From: Felis catus
Taxonomy: Eukaryota
NCBI RefSeq assembly: GCF_018350175.1
Contig: NC_058368.1
Location: 140,556,001 to 140,620,000, forward strand
Reading direction: 5' to 3'
DNA length: 64,000 nucleotides
Shown: one piece after another, positions 25,449 through 37,886 of the stretch
Layout: every line of letters starts with the position of its first letter
Numbering within the stretch: position 1 is the first letter of the stretch
The notes under the pieces: generated by a model
What the model was told of the DNA's origin: nothing
Database searches by the model: none
The model's input: only the letters and a program-made list of their open reading frames with translations
Position numbers and translations under genes: made by a program

Positions 25449-26705
25449 ATAGGTTCTCTTTGGATGGACCAGACTGATTTCACCTTGGTCAGTGGAAACT
25501 CTTTGGGGCCAGCCCCTTTATCCTTGTAGCTCTGCCCCTGACATTTTTGGAAATATCCTTGCTTTGTGGTTACAACAGGATGTTCCAGTGCTATCATGAT
25601 TATTTCTGCTTTATGACCTGAAATCAACTACCCTCCAAGGAATCCCTTGCAAGCCATCTGTTCATAATGATTTTTCTCATTTGATAGATTAGGGTTCTGG
25701 ATTCTGCTTTTCTTACTGTATGAAGTTTCCTGGGCCGTTAAGACCCTGACAACAATAAGCTAAAGAAAGATCTGCCCACCTCCCCTCTATGTCATGATTA
25801 ATGCTCCTGCTGTGATGATGTCATGACTGTCCCAGCAGTCATGTTTTCACATGCAGTGATGATGCCAAAGCAGCACACATTTGTGAGAATGGCTGTGGTG
25901 ACCCCGCTTCTGATGAAGCAGTTGTCCCGAGTGTCCTGAGCGCTTAGTGAAGTAGGGCTCTTCCGCAGCCTTTCCACAGCCCGGCGGCTGCCTTGCTTAC
26001 CAGGTTGATGTTGTGTCTGGTCCTCAGGGGTTAACGTAGAACTTTGCCTGTCTTATACTCTATACCTGAAGGACCCTTGACCTTTAAAAAAAAAAACAGT
26101 TGATGGCTCATACCAGACCAATTGCATATCTGATAGACAACATGCTTGCATTTATCAATAGGCTTCCTAGAAATTGTTCCTTAACCCAAAGGGCGGGCTC
26201 TAATTCTGTGTTCTCAGAAGGGGTGTGCGGAGATGGCAGTATGTGGGATGAAGATGAGGACGGTTACACCTCACGTAGCTTTCAGATCACTTCTTGTTCA
26301 GAATCCTCCCCCCACACTTTCCCCCTCCTATCCTGAATTAGTATCATGGGTCTGCCTTTTTGTCCTGCTAAACTCTAAACTCTTTGAGGCTGTGAATCAT
26401 GCCAATCATGCCGTCACCTAACACAGCACATAAACACCACTGATCCCAAATTTACGTCTCTGGCGTACATATTTTTAACTTTTTAGTTGGGTTAACTGAA
26501 CTGATTTCCCTATGGTAAGGCTGCCTCAGGATCTTTTTTATTTTTAATTGAATATTAGAACACTGGATTTTGACAGGGTACTGGCAGTGATGGATGTGAC
26601 AAAGATGGGAAAATAATTTGGTTCTGTAGAAAAAAATGATTTCAAACATGGAGCCAGTGAGGGAAAAATAGTGAAAGATTCTTAGTGTCGAAAATGGGGA
26701 AACTT

Positions 26706-26934
26706 GGGGCGCCTGGGTGGCGCAGTCGGTTAAGCGTCCGACTTCAGCCAGGTCACGATCTCGCGGTCCGTGAGTTCGAGCCCCGCGTCAGGCTCTGGGC
26801 TGATGGCTCAGAGCCTGGAGCCTGTTTCCGACTCTGTGTCTCCCTGTCTCTCTGCCCCTCCCCCGTTCATGCTCTGTCTCTCTCTGTCCCCCAAAAAAAT
26901 AAATAAAACGTTGAAAAAAAATTAAAAAAAAAAA
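26706..26934 (+). mobile_element. Young felid SINEC
   Basis: Near-consensus; TSD GAAAATGGGGAAACT. Confidence 0.95.
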
Positions 26935-27077
26935 GAAAATGGGGAAACTGATGTGATGAGTTATTAATGTGTTGTTATTAGGTTGCTTATTATTCATTTG
27001 TTAATAAAGGACACACTTATTTAACAAGGATCATAGTGATAATAAAACAAATAATTTTATGCCCAGCACTTTAAAAA

Positions 27078-27270
27078 AATTTTTTTTAACATTTATTCAG
27101 TTTGAGAGACAGAGATTGAGTGTGAGCAGGGGAGGGGCACAGAGATGGGGAGACACAGAATCCGAAGCAGGCTCCAGGCTCTGAGCTGTCAGCACAGAGC
27201 CCGACACAGGGGCTTGAACTCACAAACATGACCTGAGCTAAAGTTGCATGCTTAACCGACTGATGCCTGG
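27078..27270 (-). mobile_element. SINEC
   Basis: Poly-T and reverse body, damaged head. Confidence 0.88.
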
Positions 27271-27289
27271 TACTATTCAAAGTACTTTT

Positions 27290-27460
27290 TAACAGGTGCA
27301 GCCTCACTTAATCCTCACAGCACACCTGCGTGGTACAGGCTGTTAATAATCCCATTTTATAACCAAGTCATTGGAGGTACAGAGAGCCTGAGGTCACACA
27401 GCTAGTATATGGCAGAGTTGGAATTCAAAGCCAGGCTGTGTGACACCAGATCCTGGGCTG
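27290..27460 (-). mobile_element. MIR
   Basis: CTCACTTAATCCTCACAGC...ATCCCATTTTA...GAGGTCACACAGCTAGT. Confidence 0.75.
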
Positions 27461-27599
27461 TTACTGGCTCAGTCGTAGCAGAAGGGAGTCAGGTATTTCC
27501 ACACTCCTAAGAAAATTCTAACAACAGCATCCAACTTGAACGTAAGCACAGGCCTTTAAGCTGTTAATTTGAAGAAGTTTTAAAATGAGAAATCTAGGA

Positions 27600-27775
27600 A
27601 CCTCAGAACTGGAAAGACCTTGAGAAGTTATTTTAGTCCCGATGCTTCTTTCTCAGATGAGGGGGCCGAAAGCATGGGTTAGGTGACTTGCTCAGAGCCA
27701 CACATCTAGGTGGCGCCAGTCTTGTGACCGCGATCCGGGTCTTAGGATTCCAGTCCCGTGGTCTTCGTGGTCAGC
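27600..27775 (-). mobile_element. MIR
   Basis: CAGATGAGGGGGCCGA...GTGACTTGCTCAGAGCCACACA. Confidence 0.7.
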
Positions 27776-28312
27776 CTGACACTTGGACTGACAGCCATTC
27801 ATCTCACATCCTACAGCATAAAGTGAGCTGCCGACGATTTGATCCAGAAAAGCTGAAACAAATTCAGTCCCTGCCTTCCGAGTGTGCAGTTCGTTGCTAT
27901 CGCACCTTTTAACGTATATATTGAAAGTAGTAGGCTAAACCCTGATAGATTTTTTTTGTTTTTACTTTATTGCTTCCTGTGCTCGAACGGATATTATTAA
28001 TACAAATGGGAGTACATGGACCAGCGGTGCTTTACCTACCTCAGGACAACCTCTCTGAAACTTGCCTCTCTAAGCAACACAAGTGTGCTTTCCCTTTGGT
28101 GTGATAAGAGACTCCTTATTTCATACCACGTGCTTTCGTATCTGGGGGAAGCAAAGCTCTGGTGATATTAATTCCTTGGCTTCCTTTGGAACCCTCTTAG
28201 CCCTTTGTGTTGACTGTTAGGCATGAAAGGTGCTTAAAAAGCCGTGTTGAAGAACTCCAAGAAATTGGTGCCTTGTTGTTTTTTTTTATATTGGACAGGC
28301 AGGTTTTTTTAA

Positions 28313-28530
28313 TTTTTTTTTTCAACATTTTTTTATTTATTTTTGGGACAGAGAGAGACAGAGCATGAACGGGGGAGGGGCAGAGAGAGAGGGAGACACA
28401 GAATTGGAAACAGGCTCCAGGCTCCGAGCCATCAGCCCAGAGCCTGACGCGGGGCTCGAACTCCCGGACCGCGAGATCGTGACCTGGCTGAAGTCGGACG
28501 CTTAACCGACTGCGCCACCCAGGCGCCCCA
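28313..28530 (-). mobile_element. Young felid SINEC
   Basis: Near-consensus; 20-bp direct repeat GGACAGGCAGGTTTTTTTAA (28293-28312, 28531-28550). Confidence 0.95.
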
Positions 28531-29205
28531 GGACAGGCAGGTTTTTTTAATTATTGCTTCAAGATCAAGACTCTGTATTTCCTATATGCTTCAGGTACTG
28601 AAGGGTCTCATTTGAATTTAAATGCTTGGGAAGGAGAGGGCTGCTCTTGTAGGTTCTTTTCAGCACGAGAATAGTGGATAAGTACAGAATAAACTGCCCT
28701 TTTGAGTAATCCTCTTAGAAGCGCCTCCCACGCAGAAATTCATTATCAGTCTCCCATACACCGTGACAAGTAGCATTTTTTTAAGAGCTAATAATTTAAA
28801 GTTCAACATTGGAAGCAATAATTGTTGAAAATTGAAGCCAAGTTAAAAAAAAATGCATTAACATTTAGACATTTCTGGCGAATGTATGTACTATATGCAA
28901 ATGAGATTTCTAACTGATCCATACTAATTTGAGAAAATCTTATTTGAAATAACTTTGAAAGTGAAGATTCTTTGATTCAGAAGGTAACTTCTTAGCACCA
29001 CCTTGTGGTAAGTTTTAGTTAAACTTGAGCAATAAGCAATAAGTTTGCTTATTTGAGGTTTGTATTAAGTATTACAGTGTATAATGGAGAAGTAGAAAGT
29101 ATCATTGAAATAAGTCGCCTAATTTCTTCAGTCCCAGAGGGGAAAATTAGCACTTTTGTTTAGTATAATAGTGACAATTTCTATTACCAACAAACCTGTA
29201 TTTTT

Positions 29206-29412
29206 TAAAATTTCTTTTTTTTTTTTAACATTTATTTGAGAGGCAGCATGAGCAGGGGAGGGTCAGATAGAGAAGGAGACACAGAATCTGAAGCAGGATC
29301 CAGGCTCTGAGCTGTCAGCACAGAGCCTGACGCAGGGCTCGAACCCACAAACTGTGAGTTCATGAACTGAACTAAAGTTGGATGCTCAACCGACTGAGCC
29401 ACCCAGGCGCCT
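29206..29412 (-). mobile_element. SINEC
   Basis: TSD CAACAAACCTGTATTTT. Confidence 0.92.
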
Positions 29413-29647
29413 CATCAACAAACCTGTATTTTGTGGAAGCTTAAACACCTTTATTTTAGGAAGAGTGTGGTAGAGAAAATATTTTTTACTTGGTAGATAT
29501 TCCATGCATAGTGATTAAATGAATGGATAGACGAAGGAAATAATGTGAAAACAGTTGTGTCAAGGTCACTGACTGAGCACAACTCTCCTCGTCCCTTTCC
29601 AAAACTGACATGAAATTACTAAAGTAGTAATTTAAAAAAAAATTACT

Positions 29648-29860
29648 GGGGCGCCTGGGTGGCTTGGTCAGTTAGGCTTCGGCTCAGGTCATGATCTCAT
29701 GGTTTGTGAGTTCGAGCCCCGCGTCAGGCTCTATGTTGACAGCTCAGAGCCTGGAGCCTGTTTCAGATTCTGTGTCTCCCTCTCTCTCTGTCCCTCCCCT
29801 GTTCATGCTCTGTCTCTCTCTGTCTCAAAAATAAATAAACGTTAAAAAAAATTTAAAAAA
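29648..29860 (+). mobile_element. SINEC
   Basis: TSD AAAAAAAAATTACT. Confidence 0.92.
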
Positions 29861-30115
29861 AAATTACTTGCAATAAGAAAGAATGCCATCCACTGACCAG
29901 AAAGACAGGACTGGATTGACTGAGAAACAAGACAGAAGAACCCAGCACAAAAATCACAGGATGCAGCAGAGCCAGGAGCTGTCCTGGGGCTTGCTCCAAG
30001 GAAGCAGGAAAAAGAGAGCTCCAAAATCAGTGTTGTTGAATGTGGACCCACTGAGTCTCTTGATCCTTGCTGGCAGCAGTAAGTGCAGATGCTGATGTCA
30101 GTGTAGCATGCCAGT

Positions 30116-30175
30116 CCCCAAGATAGCTAATGACCCCAAGAAAGCCCCTAAGATAGCTAATGACCCCATGAAAGC
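30116..30175. repeat. 30-bp tandem duplication (2 copies)
   Basis: CCCCAAGATAGCTAATGACCCCAAGAAAGC / CCCTAAGATAGCTAATGACCCCATGAAAGC, 2 mismatches. Confidence 0.95.
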
Positions 30176-30640
30176 ACAGGGAGTCCCGATGTAAGAAGGC
30201 AGGACATGGGGCACCCTTGTGGTGTCAGCCCTGTGTTCCCACGCAGTCTCCCTAAGGCTGGCTCCTGTCAGGGGATCCTGTGGTCAACAATGGCAGAAAG
30301 TGAGTCTCAAGCCCCTAGATGAGCCCCAAATCAGGAAATGCCAGACCTTTGAGGGAAACCAACACTCCGAAAGTGGCATTAGATTGAACAAGAAGAAGCG
30401 ACACCCAAGGAGAAAATGAAAATAGTAAACCATGTGCTATTTATAATTTAATTCACCTTACCTACTTAACATATACTTACTGAACACTTATGCTTAAGTA
30501 GAACAAAAACAAAGGTAAAATTAAGAAAGAGGAAAATTGGATGCAGATGAAATTAGAAAAACTAATAAAATATATAGTTGCCTAAATTTTTGCTATGTAA
30601 CATGAAAATGAAAGGATGGATCTAAAATTTTAGATGATCC

Positions 30641-30776
30641 ACTTGTTGGGATGAGCACTGGGTGTTGTACGTAAGCGACGAATCATGGGAATCTACCCCT
30701 GAAACTGAGAGCACACTGTATACGCTCCATGTTAGCTAACTTGACAATAAATTATATTTTTAAAATAATAATAAAA
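30641..30776 (+). mobile_element. Truncated carnivore L1 3' end
   Basis: TSD TAAAATT(T/C)TAGATGATCC. Confidence 0.85.
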
Positions 30777-30885
30777 TAAAATTCTAGATGATCCCAACAT
30801 TGCATATGTGGGGAAATAGAAATGCAAATATATCAAGGATAATAGATATTCATTAGCTTAGTTTTTGATTAAGAATGTTAACTCT

Positions 30886-31113
30886 GGGGCTCCTGGGTGG
30901 CTCCGTTGGTTAAGTGTCTGACTCTTGGTTTTGGCTCAGGTCATGATCTCATGGTTTCGTGATTTCGAGCTCCATATCAGGCTCCAAGCTGACAGCACGG
31001 AGTCTGCTTGGGATTTTCTGTCTCCCTCCCTCTGCCTCTCCCCCACTTGTGCTATCTCTCTCTCTCTCTCTCAAAATAAATAAATAAACTTAAGAAAATT
31101 AAAACAACAAAAA
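30886..31113 (+). mobile_element. SINEC
   Basis: TSD AAGAATGTTAACT. Confidence 0.92.
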
Positions 31114-31194
31114 AAGAATGTTAACTTTGAGGTATATTCAAACTTTAGCAGAGTATTTATACAAGTATTATGCCTTAAAAAACAACACTTAACA

Positions 31195-31310
31195 GGAACA
31201 CCTGGCTGGCTCATTCAGTGAATCGTGCAACTCTTGGTCTTGGAGTTGTTAGTTCTAGCACCACGTTGGGTGTGGAGATTACTTAAAAATAAAATCTTAA
31301 AAAAAAAAAC
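31195..31310 (+). mobile_element. Short older tRNA-derived carnivore SINE (no CT tract)
   Basis: tRNA-like body then TTACTTAAAAATAAAATCTT; flanking AACACTTAA. Confidence 0.8.
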
Positions 31311-32790
31311 TTTAAACACTTAATTACAGATATAAAATGGGTTCTTAGAAGACATTTTATGTGTGTCTCCTACTTAAATTTTACTGTCACATTTTCAGTT
31401 TCTCGTACTAAATTATTTTTATAGCTTTTTGTAAATTAGGTCATGTATATTTTTAAATTGAGTTGTAAAAAGAGAAGAGGAAAATGCAAATTAGGTACTA
31501 ACTGAAGAGATACAATGTTTTTTTTTATCGTTTCTTAATGTGTGGCTTGATTTTATTTTCCTTAAATTTTTTGAAGCTTTTCCATTCCTGTTTAGTTCTG
31601 TTTATTTTTTTGTGTTTTTTTTTTAATTTTTTAAAAAATATAATGTATTGTCAAATTGGTGCCCCAATTCTGTTTCATTTTGTAGTACCTTTTACAGAGG
31701 AACAGTTGAAGACGGTGACATTTCATTTGTTCTGCATGATATGGTCTTCGTTCTAACAGGAATAGTTGTCCCATGTAATAATGAGTTGAGAAGTGGTTCA
31801 TAAAATATTACGGTTTTGAAAATGTCAGCCGACTAATTTTAATTCTAATGACTTGTTTGGCGTGAGCCTTCGGTAATGAAGTCTGTAGAGGCTGTGTAAA
31901 TAGTTTTTTATCCCTGATAATCTCTAAAGACCTTGAATTTAAATTAAGGGATGTATCCTGTCTTTCTAGCTTTGAATTATGAATACGTAATTCCTATTTT
32001 AATTTGAAGAATGTTCAGAGTCTAATATGTTTTCCACCTGTGGATACAAATATCATATTGGAAGTCAGTAGTAAAATTAGTTACCATGTTTAAAATGTCA
32101 TTTGTTCTTTTTTCTTTGATACTGGTTTTGAGGGAAAGTGGGTATCAAAGGTAAACTCTCCCCCCAAAAAAACACTTAAAATTCAAAATTTCATTAATGG
32201 GCATTCCTGGGAAAAAAGGGCCATGGAACCATATGTGTTTGGAAAAATGTTTACCCTCAACAACTAACAAAAGAGAATGCAGACTTAACATTTTTTGGCT
32301 CTCAGATTTGCTAGGTTTTCATGGATAGTATTCTGTGGTGATAAGCGAAGCAAGAAAATGGCATTCTCTTGGATAGGTGGTGGAGTAAGGTCCCAGTCAT
32401 CAGTGGGTTCTTAGGTTCAGCTAAGTGTCCATTCTCTTAACTGCTATAAGCCACATCTGGCCCTAGTTGCTCAGAAGGATAGAGAAGCCCGAAAACCAGT
32501 CTGCTGGCACAACAAGTGTTTGCTCTTCAGTGGGAGACGTCGTGACACTCCACACAGTTAACCACAGAGCCATCTGCAAGCTGTTGTCTTTTGTAGGCTA
32601 GGTAACAGCTTAGGTGCTGAGGAGTGAGACTTCCCTTGGTGGGTGCAGGAGCCTTCTTGGCATAGGACCTTAGCCCCAGGAGCCAATGTCTATTTTAACA
32701 CCTTCCACTGGGCTTCCCAGTGCCCTACAAGGAGTATGCAAGTTAGCAGTCCCCAAACTCAGGAACACCTAAACATATTCCTTCAAGTAA

Positions 32791-32988
32791 GGGGCACCTG
32801 ATGGCTCAGCGTGTTGAGCATCCTACTCTTGATTCCTGCTCAGGTCCAATGGTCCCAGGGTCATGGCATTGAGCCCCACGTTGGGGGCTCATGAGCATGG
32901 AGCTTGCTTTGGATTCTATCTCTCCCTCTGTCCCTCCCCCCACTCATGCTCTTTCTCTAAAATAAAACAATAAAAATAAATTTAATAT
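32791..32988 (+). mobile_element. SINEC
   Basis: TSD ATTCCTTCAAGT. Confidence 0.9.
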
Positions 32989-33109
32989 AATTCCTTCAAG
33001 TCAAGATGCAGTTGATGAATGAGGTGTTTTGTCCTCAGCAATTATGCTTACTAATATGCTTATCAGGTTCCTAGGGGAACAGAGCTAGAAAGTTAAAAGT
33101 TAGATTCCT

Positions 33110-33405
33110 ATCAGGAAACAATAGATGGTGCCAAGGATGCAGAGAAAGGGGGACCCTTTTGCATTGCTGGTAGGAATGCAAACTGGTGCAGCCACTCTGG
33201 AAAACAAACAGGTTCCTCAAAAAAATTAAGAATAGAACTACCCTGTGACCCAGAAATTGCACTACTAAGTATTTATCCAAAGATACAAAAATGCCGATTG
33301 AAAGGGGCACATGCTCCCCATGGTTTATAGCAGCACTATCAACAATAGCCAAATTATGAAAAGAGCCCAAATGTCCATCAACTGATGAATGGATAAAGAA
33401 GATAT

Positions 33406-33454
<49 letters not shown>

Positions 33455-33877
33455 ATGACATGTATATAAATAATGGAATATTACTCCATGATCAAAAAGA
33501 AAATCTTGCCATTTGCAACATGGATGGAACTGAAGGGTATTATAATAAGTGAAATAAGTCTGTCAGAGAAAGACAAATATCATGATTTCACTCATATGGG
33601 TTTTAAGACACAAAACACATGCAAATAGAGGAAGGAAAGGAAAAATAAGATAAAAACGGAGAAAAACCGTAAGAGACTCTTAAATATAGACAACAAACTG
33701 AGGGTTGCTAGAGGGGTTTGGGGTGCAGGGATGGGCTAAGTGGGTGATGGGCATTAAGGAGGGCACTTGTTGGGATGAGTGCTTGTGTAAGTGATGAATC
33801 CCTAAATTCTATTCCTGAAATCATTATTACACCGTATGTTAACTAATTTGGATTTAAATTAAAAAAAAAAAAAAAAC
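33110..33877 (+). mobile_element. 5'-truncated carnivore L1 (ORF2 terminus and 3'UTR) with internal (TG)n
   Basis: [14 protein letters not shown] motif, poly-A, imperfect TSD AAGT(T/C)AGATTC; (TG)n about 33408-33451. Confidence 0.92.
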
Positions 33878-34117
33878 ACCATGAAAGAAGTCAGATTCTT
33901 TCACGGAGGGAATGGTGTTTTGTTAACCTTTACTCACAAAGAATGAGTATCATCTCTTTTTTAGAACACAATTCGAGAATATGTATTGAAAGCTTTGAAA
34001 GCTTTGATTGTGTGTCTTTCAAGGTGGCAGTTTTGTTTTTAGGGATTTATTGTAACAAATAAGATACATACACACATATGTATCTGTATATAGGTAGGTT
34101 TCCTGTAGCATTATTTG

Positions 34118-34814
34118 GGGTTTTAAGTTTTTAAATGTTTTTTTAATTTTTTTAATTTACACTTATTTATTTTTGAGAGACAGAATGAGACAGAGTATGA
34201 GCGGAGGAGGGGCAGAGAGGAGACACAGAATCCGAGGCAGGCTCCAGGCTCTGAGCAAGCATTCAGCACAGAGCCTGAAGTGGAGCTCAAACCCACGAAC
34301 TGTCAGATCATGACCTGAGCCAAGGTCAGACACTTAAACGACTGAGTCACCCAGGCGCCCCAAGTTTTTTAATGTTTTTGTTTGTTTGTTTGTTTAAATT
34401 TTTTTAACGTTTATTTTATTACTGAGAAATGGAGACAGAGCATGAGCAGGGGAGGGGCAGAGAGAGGAGGAGACACAGAATCCGAAGCAGGCTCCAGGCT
34501 CTGAGCTGTCAGCACAGAGCCTGACACAGGGCTCGAACTCACAGACCACAAGATCATGACCTGAGCTGAAGTCAGACGCTTAAACGACTGAGCCACCCAG
34601 GCACCCCAAGTTTTTTAATGTTTTTATTTTCTTTTTGAGAGAGAGAGTGTGAGCCGGGGAGGAGCAGAGAGAGAGGGAGATACAGAATCTGAAGCAGGCT
34701 CCAGGGTCTGAGCTGTCAGCAAAGAGCCCGATGCGGGCCTCAAACCCACAAACCGCGAGATCATGACCTGAGCCAAAGTCAGACGCTTAACCGACTGAGC
34801 CACGCAGGCGCCCC
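34118..34814 (-). mobile_element. Stack of three nested same-orientation SINECs
   Basis: Copies at about 34143-34361, 34380-34607 and 34626-34814; outer TSD TCCTG(TAG/CAA)CATTATTTG. Confidence 0.93.
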
Positions 34815-35086
34815 TCCTGCAACATTATTTGTAATGGTGAATAATTAGCATCTAAATGGTCAGCAGTTTAATAGGTAAAATACAGTACCTTCATATAATG
34901 AATACTATGTGAGTTTATGGGTAGATATTTCCAGAAATAGCATTAAAAGTGTTTATGTCAAAATATTTAGTGTTTAATTTTGGATGATACTTTTCTGTAT
35001 GATTTTTTTTAACATGAATCACTAATTTTTAATGTGGACTGTGTGTTATTTTTTCAAAAGATCGTTTTGTACAGAAATGACCAAAG

Positions 35087-35303
35087 AGGATACCTGGGTG
35101 GCTCAATCAGTTGAGCATCCAACTTTGGCTTAGGTCATGATCTCATGGTTCGTGAGTTCGAGCCCCACATCGGACTTGCTGCTGTCAGTGCGGAGCCCGC
35201 TTTGGATCCTCTGCCCGCCTGTCTCTGCCACTCCCTCACTTGTGCATGCGTACGTGTGCTCTTTCACAAAAATAAACATTGAAAAGAAAGAAAAAAAAAG
35301 AAA
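35087..35303 (+). mobile_element. SINEC
   Basis: Head, A tail, GACCAAAG flanking repeat. Confidence 0.88.
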
Positions 35304-36294
35304 GGACCAAAGAAGATTGAAATGCATACTCCTTAAATTGAGTATTCATTCATTTTAAGAGTTTGTGTTAATACCATTTAAAAAGGCTTAATCTTGAACT
35401 TCTTTAGTGAAGTTTTATGTATTTTATAATCTCAGGTATATCTCACATCAGCATCTGACATGATAATCTTGAAATATTTCAAGCCAATGAAATCCTTTTC
35501 AATTCATTTTCTCTTATGTTATTGTGTAAGTTCTAACTTCTAGTTAAAAATCTCATAAATTACAAACCTATCATAACTGATAATAAAGTGAATACAGATT
35601 TTTTTTTTTTAGTTGACTGATAGGATTAATCTTTGGGGCTGAGGAGATTAGAATCAATATGGAACAGAAACTGTGACTCAGTGATTAAGTGGAAAAAGCC
35701 ACATAACCATATATTTTCATGTTTGGCAAAATTTAGATGCTAGCCCTCAGCAACTTTTGTCAAATTATGGGTAGGTTAGTGGGTGCCATCCTTACTTAAG
35801 GGGTTTGAAATACACACATACATATGCACACAGAAAGTTTATTCTCCATCTTACACTTAGTAGTATGCCCATATCATGGTTTATCATTAACATCTCCCCG
35901 GCTGCTAATAGTCTTGCTACTGTATTTGTTTCAGAAAATGTAAAACAAGTATTTCCTCAAATGTTACTTAAAGGAATATTGAAAAGGAAATTAAAATTTG
36001 AGCTGTACTTTCAAAAAAATAAGAATCCTACAAGGAATATCCAAGGCAATGTTTGGGTTTATTACCTACGATTTTATATCAGTCATGTTTCTTATTCTCC
36101 CTACAAATGGATGCTAGAGAGTTAGTTGATCCTACAGAAATGCCATGGGACTTTGGGACTTAGACTACGGTTATAGTCCCCGTCGACCAAGGACTATGTT
36201 ACCTCAGTTGCTCCATCTATAAAATGAATGAATTAGATGAGATCATCTCTTAGGTCTTTCTCAACTAAAGAAGCCCTTAAGATTGAAGTAATTT

Positions 36295-36513
36295 TGGGGG
36301 TGCCTGGGGGGCTCAGTTGGTTAAGCATCCAACTTCAGCTCAGGTCATGATCTCCTGGTTCATGAGTTCGAGCCTCGCATCGGTCTCTGTGCTGACAGCT
36401 GGGACCCTGGAGCCTGCTTTTCGGATTCTCTGTCTCCTTCTCTCTCTCTGCCCCTCCCTGCTCATGCTGTTTTTCTTTCTCTCTCAAAAATAAACATTAA
36501 AAAAATTTTTTTA
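36295..36513 (+). mobile_element. SINEC about 70 bp upstream of exon 6
   Basis: TSD AAGATTGAAGTAATTT. Confidence 0.92.
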
Positions 36514-36585
36514 AAGATTGAAGTAATTTGTGACTCTAAGATTTATATGATGAAGTTTCTCATAATTTTACGTTCTGTCTTCCAG

Positions 36586-36653
36586 TTTATACCTGTTCAA
36601 ACTAGGGATAGCCCCCCAAATCCAGGATTTGTTGGGCAAAGTCGACTTCACAG
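36586..36653 (+). CDS. IQGAP2: IQGAP2 coding exon (approx. exon 6)
   Basis: ttccag|T TTA TAC...ACA G|gtactc; 68 bp; LYLFKLGIAPQIQDLLGKVDFT. Confidence 0.96.
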
Positions 36654-37072
36654 GTACTCTTCTTTATCTTTACGATTTTTACGTGGTTGTTTACTAAGAA
36701 AATGAATCTATATATTTTTTTCCTTTTGACATCATCGAATCCCTTTTTCTTCTGTACTGATTAGAGGAGAAAACGTTATTATCTTGTTTGTCTTTGACCA
36801 GTTTTCCTTTTCCCCACATTTGTGAAACGAGAAACTGAGGTTGACTCCTTCCTAAGGTTCTTGTTCGGAAATGTCCCGCCTTCTTGATAAAGACACTTTT
36901 TTCCCTTTCTTTTTGTTTTTAAATAATGGCGTCGTGTTTTTGATTTTCTTTATTTAGAAAAATAAGCCTTGCATTTTGGGGAGAGAGACCTGGGGGATGA
37001 AGACATTTCTTGCCATGAATATACTCATTCCTACCTCCATCTTGATATTGTTTGTTGTTGGTTTTTTTCCAG

Positions 37073-37186
37073 AGGAGGAAATTAGTAATATGAGAAAGGA
37101 GCTGGACAAATACGGAATACAAATGCCATCTTTCAGCAAAATAGGTGGTATTCTGGCTAATGAACTGTCAGTGGATGAAGCTGCTT
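37073..37186 (+). CDS. IQGAP2: IQGAP2 coding exon (approx. exon 7)
   Basis: ttccag|AG GAG GAA...GCT T|gtgagt; 114 bp; EEEISNMRKELDKYGIQMPSFSKIGGILANELSVDEAA. Confidence 0.97.
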
Positions 37187-37886
37187 GTGAGTCTCCTGAC
37201 ATCAGAACTTGCTGTTGACATGGGATTCACCTATACTTTATTCGTTGATTTTGGTTACAAGAAATAGAATGTTGAGAAAATACCTTCAGCCCCCTTTTGA
37301 AGTTTTTATTGCATGTATTGTAGATGGTTAAATTGAGCACATGAAAATATAACCATGGGATTGATTTAGTCTTTAAACATCTACTTATGCAGTTTGAATT
37401 AAAACGTTTTAGAAATATCTTTATTCTCCAAAATATTTCTTGGTTTTCTATGTCCTGTCCTGGCCCTTTGCTTTCTTCGGTTGAGTACATTGCTGCAGTT
37501 GTCTTTTAGCATTGCAAGTTAAATTACAGATACCATTTGGAAACAACCTGGTACTTTAAACGTGTCCATGTGACCGTTCAAACCCCTAGTGGTTGACATA
37601 GTGTTTGGTTCATTTGAAGCTTTCAATGCAGGTTGAGTAAATTAATACAGATTACACGGTAGATGCTTAGGAGACAGGACCCAAGATAGATGGGCAGGTG
37701 GAGAGGTCGTCGGAGGGGCTCTCTGGGAAGTGCCTAGGGTCTCTTCTTTTGCCCTTGTTACTGGAAGCCAGAGAAGAAAGTAAAAGAAAAGTAAATTAAA
37801 AGAAAGCAAACTGCTTACATTATGTGGTGTCATTACAGCTGTCCATGTTGTCTTTCCTGATAAAAATCTTTTTTTTCTCTTTTCAG

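Noticed and set aside
25815..25925. Possible intronic C/D-box snoRNA (two GTGATGA, one CTGA)
   Set aside because: Terminal stem geometry is not canonical, no recognisable guide, and it is far from a 3' splice site; would need an Rfam/snoscan hit
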